Source: Phoronis australis (lineage: Eukaryota; Animalia; Phoronida). Taken from it: a DNA stretch of 64,000 bases. The notes under the pieces were generated by a model that saw only the letters and a list, made by a program, of their open reading frames with translations, searched no databases and had not been told where the DNA came from. This document shows, piece after piece, positions 42,242 to 52,098 of this stretch. A program made the position numbers and the translations under genes. Within the stretch, counting starts at the first letter, position 1; each line of letters opens with the position of its first letter. The stretch covers positions 60,816 through 124,815 of the forward strand of contig NMRA01000211.1 of the NCBI GenBank assembly GCA_002633005.1, read 5' to 3'.

Positions 42242-45200
42242 ATGTACAAATGTAATATCTGTGGCAGAAAGTTTGGTGTCAAGTCAACCTTGACTCGTCA
42301 TATGAAAATTCATGAAGACCCGAAAGGCTTCAAGTGCGACCAGTGCGCAAAGTCGTTCACTCTTATGCAAAACCTCGTGGAACACACAAAGTTTCACCAG
42401 CGTCCCAGTATACCGTTATACAAACCCGGTGAGGCACAGCTTTGTTGCAGTGAGGAAGCTAAAAGTGTGGCCAAACTTCCTAGCCAGCCCGTGGATGCAG
42501 TGTGGTTGACGCCGCAGACGGCTGAGGCCACTGCAAAAAAAGCGAACCATCCAGATCTCTGGAGAGAGGAAATTGTCTTAACATTTGGAAAGTACGCCGG
42601 CCAAACCTACAAGTGGCTTTTAGAGAACGACGTTGGCTGGGTTGTGTGGCTGTTGGATGCATTCTGTCATGACGGCGAGAAGAATGATTTTCTGAATTGG
42701 CAGAAAGACCAACTGTTGCAGTATGCCAAATCGTTTGAGGCTGTTGTCGTGCACCTTGAGAAACGACGACAGGTACACTTTGAAAATATGATCCTGTTGC
42801 ATTGAGATTCGAACAATTAAATAGTTGTAGTGTATTTTGCACCTGCGATGTTCTACATAAAGTCTAAACACAATAGAAGTCGTTGGAAAATATTATTGGT
42901 TTCGTAACACGTGAACATTAACTCTAAGATTAACAGTTTTCCAGTATTATTTTGTTTTAATCAGGAACAGTTTGTTATACGCGTGTACTTACTTTTGCAG
43001 AAACGCATCGCGGAGGAAACTAAGTCCACACTGGTTTCTGATTTCTCAGCAGATGATCCTGGATATGTGGCGAATGCTGAGTTGCTAGGTCATGCTGGTA
43101 AGCACAATAGGCATGTTGCGTAGACTGATGTGAATGTTGTCAAAGATACTTCATACTTATGTCTGTGTATGTTCTGACTATGACATCACCTTAAGACTGT
43201 TTTATCCGTAATTAGTTACTGTTTTTAGCCTATAACAGTGGTGCTGGCTCTGGCTCATAACTCAAAATGGATACACTGACTTATGCAAATATTTATTTTT
43301 CTGTTAAAGAGGAGACGCTCGAAAAGTCGGAGGTGTCTGTGTCGACACAGATGGCGAAACTCAAAGACATTTTGCCATCCACCTCATCTTCCCCCCAACC
43401 TGTCATTGCTCCTGAAGTTGAACTGTCAACGGACGAATCCCTTGTGATTGAAGGGTGGCAGAAGTCATGGGAAACGTTGCCGTCCAAAGATATGCCATCA
43501 GCACCAAACATGACGTGGTTTAAGACCAGTAGTTTGTATGGCGTATTCGGAGAAACGAAGTCGTACAAGAACGCCAAGGGTGAGGTGGTCCCCAGAAAGA
43601 CCTTTAAGAACCAGATTGACATTCACCCTCCACCTCTACCTACAGCAATCACGTCACATGTTCCTAACATGATGTTGTTTTTTACCACGTGTATTTTTCT
43701 GGCGGCCGGTGGGAGTGATGGAGGCGAAAGTGAAGTGCCCCAATAGTAACTGCCCAGCTCCACCCGAGAGCTTCCTCATCAAACACGGTTTTGGCAGTGC
43801 TGCTCGGCAGGTTTGTGGTATGCAAAATTACTACACTCTGTTGACAGAACGCCTCGTCTGCACCCACTGCAAGCAGATACGCCACGCCGCTGAGCATGAT
43901 AGTGAAAGTGAGGACCACGGATCTCCGCCGCAACAGTACAGGTGGCATGCACACAGCCCGAGAATACTCATGAACCTCGCCCCAGCTCTACGCAGCATGT
44001 TTCCAGCTATTCTGTGTGGAAGACGCTCAGTTGATAAGTATGTCGCCACACTTCTAGGTGATCGTCTTAACGCCATTTCCATGGCAAAGGTGCAGCGTCT
44101 TCTGCAACAGGGACACGACGAGTGGTACACAGAACGGAGGGACCTGTACCAGACACTCCTGTACCAAGCTCACGCTTCGTCGTCGTCATCGTCACAGTCA
44201 GGCATTCTATCATTCATCAAACCATCCGGCAGCTACACTCCCCCACTCCCTCAGACGCCACTGCCTTCTGCCCGTTTGCTGCGACGAGCTCACCTCCTCA
44301 TGGAGATGGAGAGGATTCCCTCGTACAGAGCTTCGATTCTGAGTGTGACGGGAGAGATTCTTTGCATAGATAGAACCAGACAAGTTAGCATATATGTCAA
44401 CTTAACTGACTCATTTGACTATAACGTAATGTTTTTCCTAATTGATAATCTTTGAACAATATTGGCAAGTATTTTTGGATTTCTTTTCGCATAGTTCTCT
44501 TTGATGGGGAGTTTTTGATATCTGTGTTGCGAACGTTATTTTGTTGTTGAAGTTTCAGATCCTAAAGAAAATCTACGGTGATGGGCAAGGAACGTTACAG
44601 TATGTCACCAGTGTTTTAAATGAGTGGGGGCAGTTCTTGACAACGGTTGTGGTGGCGTCGGAGTCGGAAGGGTCTTACAACCGTATGGCGCGCGGATTGA
44701 TTGCCCGTTTCAAACGAGCCAATGTATTGGCTCCCAAGGTGCTCTACGTGAACAATAACTGTTGCTGGTGAGTTCAGAACTGCTGGCCTCATTTTTTTAT
44801 AGAAACATATTCATATTGTTTTACAAAATGGGCTGTTAGTACATATTTATATCTTTGTATTTAGTGATGGTGGAACCTCGTGGTATGAAACTCTGTTCGA
44901 AGACTGGATCAAGGAGGGTATGGTTGTCCGGCTCGACATCCGCCACTGGCTCCATAGCTGGGATGGCGTAGTCATCAAGCAGAGCCACTCTAAATACGGC
45001 GTTTTTATAAGTGCGATGGCGGGGGCACTGCTAGCATACAACAAAGAGGACGTATTGCAGGTTGCCAGAGCAGTACGCCTGGGCAATGAAGACCTCTACT
45101 CGGGCTACAGCGACGACCAGATGTTGCCTTTTATCAAGCCTCATCAGCTCAAATCTTACGTGCGGCGAATAACGCGTGGAGTAGAAGTAAGTTAGCTGCA

Positions 45201-48200
45201 GTAAACTTGCCACATTAGAATCACGGTATTGTTTTTACTGCTCAATGGGTGCAGTGTTTTTTAAGTAATGCTAAAGTGAGTTGTTCGTATGTTGTTAAAT
45301 CTTGCAGGAGACAGCATGTGAAATCGAACGAATCCTCGATGAGTTCAAGGGACCCGCGGGCTTGGACGTGGATGGGATACCCCTGTTCAAGTCCCTTGAG
45401 GCGGTCGAGTGCCGCTGGACAACAGCTAGCAAGCACTTGAGCTGCATGCAGGTGGGTATCCTTTGAGTGCATAGTCTATTCGGCTATCCAGTACCCCATG
45501 CTTATTGTATAGCCATCTGTTCTCTCAAAACTATCCACTCTGTGATGATGCTGGTTTAATCTTGTTTGTAACTTTTCTAACTGCCCTCCAGGATCCACAA
45601 GGAATCCAACTGTATGTGTGTACAAAAGTGGTGACAGTTAACGGTGTTGAGCTGAAGAAGTATAGATGTCGAAGGGGCACCAATTCACTGGAGGGTCTCC
45701 ATTCCCACTTGTACAACGCTGTGCCATTGCAACGATGCGGCATTACACCGTTCCAGGTAACCACACCTGTCTGGCTATCGGACGTGTTAATAGAGAAAGA
45801 TTTCTCCTTTTATCGTAATCTATTTTGCCCAGGGTACGCCACGAGCTATGTTGCAGAGTAAAACAAGAGGAGGATTGCGAATATTGTCATTTATTATGAC
45901 GTAATAGATAAAACTAACTAAGACTCTGCAAGATGGGCATGCAAAAAACGCCCACAGGCGTGTACAATGAATAGCCCTGCAAGAGGGAACAAAACAAAAA
46001 AACTGCCTGAAGGGCTTAAAGGAAAAGTACAGAACATGAAAACAAAACTTGAAAAAAAAAAAACCTAAGGAAATGTATACGAGCAAAGAGAAAGTGGAAC
46101 CGACACCCGGGATGGGGGGTGGGGAAAAAATGAAGAGAACGAACGTAGGTCTTGTAGATGACGAGGTAGGTGGCTGAATGAGAGACCACGTTGAACAGAA
46201 CAAAGGAAATATGGGCGTCCAATCAGGAGTTGAGTAGAGAAACGTATGAATACAAAAGTAGGCCCTAGAGGCTATAAATAGAGATGAGTAATGCAAAATA
46301 AACCCTAAGGACTGGTCTCAAAATAAAGAGACAAGTGTCAAAATAATGACGATAAATGCATTTAACAAGTTAAATTTAATTTATCGTAATCTATTTTGCC
46401 CAGCCCTTAAAACTTTCCCTTGTGCGCTACATGCAATATCTCAGTAGGACATCTTATGTAGAATAAGTGCGTGGTTAACGTTGTTCTTTGTAGCTGTACA
46501 TTGAAGAATTTCAATTTGTTGGAAAAACATATCCTTCTATGTTGCCGTGTGTTTCAGGTGTACCTCATTGCGTTCGTGGTACAGTGGAACCAGCGAATGG
46601 AGTCGCTTCGTGTAGCTGGAGGTCGGGGCCGACTGACGTCGTGCCTTGATCCAAGGCTCATCCAACGGCTCAACCACCACTCTGAGGTGCTCTTTGGGAA
46701 GAGCCACCTCTTTGAGCCGAACTTCGCCGCCCCATGCCGTACCCACAGCAGTACACCGACCCAGAAGAGGAGGAACTCTTGGGCGTAGAATACGCATACT
46801 GTCAGTCTACCGACTTCAAATCCAAGGAGTATTATGTCGAGAAGGGTAAGGAGACCTGTGCTGCATAGCTGAATTTGCCACTGAATACTTTCCGATAGAA
46901 ATTAGCTATGCCAATTAGTGATAGCACTGCTTTGTAACAACGCGCTCTTTACGGTATATCGTAAGAATACTTTAATTGCCATTTCAGTGGACGAAGAGCA
47001 ATCGCATCAAGAGCCAGACGAGAGCGAGTCAGAAGACGAGGGCGTAGAGGTTGAAGAGGCGGTGGTTGACGATGACCCCATTGATCACGTGAGCTCCAAT
47101 GCTGCACTCACGACTTCAGAAATGGTCACTGCAGAGGAAAGTCCCGCACTCCAGGATGTTCTAATGTCTGTTCGACGCCTCCATCTTCCCGGCTTTGAAG
47201 AAGTTGAGGCATTGGCACTTGCACTGTTACAACTAGTAGACGGTGGTGATACGCACATGATAGCTCCCGATCTGCGGAACAGAATTCGCGTCGCTGCGTC
47301 CTCGATTCACGACCACGACAAGAGCGCGCGGAACTTCACCAAGAAGTACGAGTCCAAGTGGGGCTACACGCTATTTGGAAGATGTCTGGGGCCGGAGTCT
47401 GCGGAGAACAATGCGGCTCAGAAGACCAAATTCGGTTGGATGCGATATGCCCAGGCAGCACAGATCTCAGAAGACTCGCGACTCCTGTATCTGGTTGTCA
47501 AGATGTTGAAGAACCGACCTGCTAATCAACATTCGTCCCCAACAAAGATTGCCAATGCCATAAGAGGAGGTTACAAGAGAATTGTCGACCGTGTAAGGGA
47601 TGACCCGGTACTTTGCTCCGTTGACATTCCACTGCCTAACATCAACTCCAAGTCTATCACAGTATTTCTGAGCAAGCTGGAAAAGAAGGCGAATTACATG
47701 GCTACAGCTCAGCCAAAAGTGGTTCCTCACAGAAAGGTTTTTTCCAGTCAGGCCATGCCAGATGCGCCTAGCCTCCCGACTTCACTACCACTGCCAGATC
47801 GACCAGAGGTTCAGTATGTAGCGTTGGAGCACAGTTCTGGTAAAAGACATCTGGCCAAGGAGAGAGTTGACGTCGACGAACCAAAGCCCGTGCGTGTCAG
47901 ATCTGGGTCAGCTGCAGTGGCTTCGTCTGCTCCAGTTCTGGTCGTAGTTCCTGCTCAGCCACTGGCACCTTCTGTAAAATTAGAGCAGCCCTCAACGAGC
48001 CAGGGGTATTCTCGGTTTGTGTTGACTGCACCTCCGCCACTGCTTCCCACGAAACCGGTTATGCCTAGCAAGTCCGATAAACCCTGCGCTGCCTGCAAGC
48101 AACCAAAGTGTGGTGGGTTACGTAAGCGATACACGCCCTCAAAGGACAAGACGTCGGGCAGTCGGCAGAAAATATTCACTTTCTGTCCCACCACTGGGAG

Positions 48201-48297
48201 GTCGACTACACCAGGCTTTGATGAAGTCTACGACAGCTTCCAGAGTTTCAAGGAGTGTGTGGATGCGGAGCTCCTGAAAAGAAAGAATGCATGTTGA
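42242..48297 (+). pseudogene. Dada transposase pseudogene (2 N-terminal C2H2 fingers, DDE core), 9 coding exons
   Basis: Exons 42242-42772, 43001-43097, 43310-44383, 44559-44767, 44865-45186, 45308-45451, 45592-45756, 46558-46845, 46988-48297. Motifs TFGKYAGQTYKWLLENDVGW, LCIDRT, LYVNNNCC, RLDIRHW, RCRRGTNSLEGLH. Frameshifts at ~43690 and ~46731 relative to the paralogue. Confidence 0.88.
45833..46379. mobile_element. ~550-bp insertion with 24-bp flanking direct repeat
   Basis: TTTATCGTAATCTATTTTGCCCAG at 45809-45832 and 46380-46403, inside a transposase intron. Confidence 0.65.
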
Positions 48298-48866
48298 TAG
48301 GTTTATCCTAAGTCCGATTGTATGTACATCAACAATTGCAGCTCAGTAACTTTGACTTGACTATTTTTTGGTGTAGTTGAGGCTGTTTCAAAGGGTATTA
48401 TTATCAATAGCTAAAACTGGCGATTTAAGAGCATCTTTGTTTATTTTTAGTTCACAACGGAAATGATTTGCTGCATGCTGGGTAAGTTCATATGTTGTGT
48501 GTACCTGTGTGCCTAATGCTACTTAAGCCTCGTACTCTTGAAGCTTTGCCTTTCTCCATGCTTTTATAACATTCCATGTCATACTCAGGGTGTGGTCTTT
48601 CCTTGTTGCTTTCCTGTAACTTCTGTCATTGCTATTGTTTAACCAAACTTGCTTTATTAGTCTCTTGGTTGTTGTCCCTATTGCTTATGTATGGCCTGCA
48701 CATTGTTAGAAGTGACTTCTGCTTAGCAGTGCATTTTTGTATTTTTTCAAATATATAGTCTAACGATTCTGTGCCTTGTCCTGTATGTGTTTTCGACTAT
48801 TTTTCTGTTTGTAATGTGCATTATGTCTGTTAGCCTTATACCTTTGAACTGTGTGTGTTGTAAATA

Positions 48867-48979
48867 AAGACTGAGATAACACAGTCGTATTGAACTATTA
48901 TGTTCACTTTTTAAAAATGGCACAACGTGATGTTATGGATCGAATCCTGGTGACTGACCGTGCCTGTTATCTCGGTTTT
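48867..48979 (+). ncRNA. Putative pseudoknotted structured RNA motif of Dada 3' end (family 1 copy A)
   Basis: Closing helix 48867-48881/48965-48979, hairpin TGAAC/GTTCA, GGCAC/GTGCC four-way junction and CAGTC:GACTG pseudoknot; covaries with 61648-61757. AATAAA at 48863-48868. Confidence 0.7.
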
Positions 48980-49319
48980 CAGTTTGTTCACTAATTACAT
49001 CATATTTTTGAAATGGAAACAATTATTTGCTCAACTTATTTTGAAATGTGGAATGTCGAGTGTAATAAAAGTGTAATAAAAAGTGAGATAATGCAAAAAA
49101 CAGCCTTAAACTGAAGCGAGTGTGAGGTTAGATGGCCAACGTCTACTTTTGCTACAAAAATCCCCGTTTTTTGGTGTTTTTTTGGACTTTTTTGCCCTTT
49201 TCTGCGATCACTGAAGTCAGCGCTCCCTCAGGGGATCGGGGAAACTAGTATAACCACCCCCAGGGGTCGTTGCCCATTCCCAGGCTGTTGCACAGCCAAG
49301 TGGTTATACCGCGCTCGAC

Positions 49320-49526
49320 CGGCCAATGGTTGAGGCCCGTTGAGCGCGGCTTCTTCCTCAACGGACCAATCAGAACGCTCTGTTGAGCGGAGTTGATCGG
49401 TGGCCTTCCTCAACGGGGCTCAACCATTGGCCGATCGCGTGACGTCAAGACTCAAAATGGCGGCTTCCTGTCACCGAGTTCTCGCTTCAAAAGTTTGAAG
49501 TCGAATAGCGTCGAAAATACGTAAGT
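49320..49526 (+). promoter_or_regulatory. Putative Pol II promoter and non-coding first exon of the Dada transposase (homologues 37960-38157, 54560-54700)
   Basis: CCAAT, CCAAT, ATTGG and TGACGTCA occur in the same order and similar spacing in both families; family 1 adds AAAATGGCGG and a donor ac|gtaagt. Confidence 0.6.
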
Positions 49527-51708
49527 ATGCACGTCAATTTTTGTGCGGATGCGGGAGGACAAAGTGTAGAACAAGTGTGTCTACTTTAATTTTTGTCCCT
49601 GCCACCAGATTTTGAGTTATTTAACAAAGTTGTGCCTCTTCCGGCGAATTAGGTCATTGCCATGGATACGCCAGCTGACAGGCTTGGCCCTAAATTAAAA
49701 TTGCAAATATTAGCGAAAGTACGTAAATTTGGATTCCTTCCTTTGAGTGATCGTGAGACTGGGTCAGCTAGATTAATCGAGCGTAGTCAGTTTTGCCGTC
49801 ATTTCTTCAAATTTGGTGAAATTAAACCGTTTCCGATCACTTCCGGTTTTAGTGCCGGCTGCGTCGACGGGCGCTTTTTATGCACTTTTAAACTAGCGAG
49901 ATGTCGGCTAATTCTTGTTTAGACACTCGCTTACGGGTTGGCACCGATCCGTCATTATGTCCGTGATCACGCAACACCAACAGCACCAAATTTGGATTCC
50001 CCAAAACACAAAATCCTTTCGTAAACGTTGGCACTGTCTTCTCACTTATCAGCAATCAGCTGATTTCTGTTCAGTACAATGTCCATGGTTTTTGTGTGTT
50101 ACAATTATTTAAATGCTAAGTTGACGAGTTTCGTTAAAGTACAGCGTCGTGCTATTGTTACAGGTCAGGATGTACGAATGTAATGTCTGTGGCAGAAAGT
50201 TTGGTGTCAAGTCAAACTTGACTCGTCATATGAAAACTCACGAAGACCCGAAAGGCTTCAAGTGCGAACAGTGCGGCTCAGAAGACCAAATTCGGTTGGA
50301 TGCGATATGCCCAGGCAGCACAGATCTCAGAAGACTCGCGACTCCTGTATCTGGTTGTCAAGATGCTGAAGAACCGACCTGCTAATCAATATTCGTCCCC
50401 AACAAAGATTGCCAATGCCATAAGAGGAGGTTACAAGAGAATTGTCGACCGTGTAAGGGATGACCCGGTACTTTGCTCCGTTGACATTCCACTGCCTAAC
50501 ATCAACTCCAAGTCTATCACAGTATTTCTGAGCAAGCTGGAAAAGAAGGCGAATTACATGGCTACAGCTCAGCCAAAAGTGGTTCCTCACAGAAAGTTTT
50601 TTTCCTGTCAGGCCATGCCAGATGCCCCTAGCCTCCCGACTTCACTACCACTGCCAGATCGACCAGAGGTTAAGTATGTACCGTTGGAGCACAGTTCTGG
50701 TAAAAGACATCTGGCTAAGGACAGAGTTGACGTCGACGAACCAAAGCCCGTGCGTGTCAGATCTGGGTCAGCTGCAGTGGCTTCGTCTGCTCCAGTTCTG
50801 GTCGTAGTTCCTGCTCAGCCACTGGCACCTTCTGTAAAATTAGAGCTGCCCTCAACGAGCCAGGGGTATACTCGGTTTGTGTTGACTGCACCTCCGCCGC
50901 TGCTTCCCACGAAACCGGTTATGCCTAGCAAGTCCGATAAACCCTGCGCTGCCTGCAAGCAACCAAAGTGTGGTGGGTTACGTAAGCGATACACGCCCTC
51001 AAAGGACAAGACGTCGGGCAGTCAGCAGAAAATATTCACTTTCTGTCCAACCACTGGGAGGTCGACTACACCAGGCTTTGATGGAGTCTACGACAGCTTC
51101 AAGAGTTTCAAGGAGTGTGTGGATGCGGAGCTCCTGAAAAGAAAGAATGCATGTTCATAGGTTTAACCTAAGTCCGATTGTATGTACATCAACGATTGTA
51201 GCTCAGTAACTTTGACTTGACTATTTTTTTAGTGTAGTTGAGGCTGTTTCAAAGGCTATTATTATCAATAGCTAAAACTGGCGATTTAAGAGCATCTTTG
51301 TTTATTTTTAGTTCACAACGGAAATGATTTGATGCATGCTGGGTAAGTTCATATGTTGTGTGTACCTGTGTGCCTAATGCTACTTAAGCCTTGTACTCTT
51401 GAAGCTTTGCCTTTCTCCATGCTTTTATAACATTCCATGTCATACTCAGGGTGTGGTCTTTCCTTGTTGCTTTCCTGTAACTTCTGTCATTGCTATTGTT
51501 GTTTAACCAAACTTGCTTTATTAGTCTCTTGGTTGTTGTCCCTATTGCTTATGTATGGCCTGCACATTGTTAGAAGTGACTTCTGCTTAGCAGTGCATTT
51601 TTGTATTTTTTCAAATTTTTAGTCTAACGATTCTGTGCCTTGTCCTGTATGTGTTTTCGACTATTTTTCTGTTAGCCTTATACCTTTGAACTGTGTGTGT
51701 TGTAAATA

Positions 51709-51821
51709 AAGACTGAGATAACACAGTCGTATTGAACTACTATGTTCACTTTTTAAAAATGGCACAACGTGATGTTATGGATCGAATCCTGGTGACTGAC
51801 CGTGCCTGTTATCTCGGTTTT
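51709..51821 (+). ncRNA. Structured 3' motif, copy B
   Basis: Near-identical to 48867-48979; the single change lies in a hairpin loop (TATTAT>TACTAT). Confidence 0.65.
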
Positions 51822-52098
51822 CAGTTTGTTCACTAATTACATCATATTTTTGAAATGGAAGCAATTATTTGCTCAACTTATTTTGAAATGAGTGTAATAA
51901 AAATGTAATAAAAAGTGAGATAATGCAAAAAACTGCCTTAAACTGAAGCGAGTGTGAGGTAAGATGGCCAACGTCTCCTTTTGCTACAAAAATCCCCGTT
52001 TTTGGTGTTTTTTTGGACTTTTTTGCCTTTTTCTGCGATCACTGAAGTCAGCGCCCCATCTGGTCACCCGGGAAACTAGTATAACCACTTAGGTGGGG

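Larger units (their letters stand above)
37940..49275 (+). mobile_element. Dada-superfamily DNA transposon, family 1 copy A (full length, inactivated, with nested insertions)
   Basis: Left end homologous to 49284 onward; transposase gene 42242-48297; right end ...TATAACCAC-18 nt-ATTCCC. Confidence 0.85.
49282..52098 (+). mobile_element. Dada family 1 copy B, internal-deletion (non-autonomous) derivative
   Basis: Starts after ATTCCC (49276-49281). The ZnF exon is joined out of frame to the last exon at ~50266-50275. 3' part is near-identical to 47406-49250. Sub-terminal IR AAGTGGTTATA (49298-49308)/TATAACCACTT (52080-52090). Confidence 0.88.

Noticed and set aside
42203-48297. Host zinc-finger gene family or Zisupton/MULE assignment
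   Set aside because: No SWIM/KDZ motifs or long TIRs seen; TSD-bounded copies in 5S and the LYxDxxCC / RLDxxH / RGxxSLE motifs fit Dada.
48869-48886. Local hairpin GACTG/CAGTC (AGCTG/CAGCT in family 2)
   Set aside because: Broken in copy C (GCCGAG..CAGTC) while the long closing helix and pseudoknot persist; at most an alternative conformer.
48918-48947. A-box-like TGGCACAACGTG and B-box-like GGATCGAATCC suggesting a tRNA or SINE
   Set aside because: The boxes are only ~7 nt apart, there is no anticodon arm, and the first T is not conserved; treated as part of the structured motif instead.
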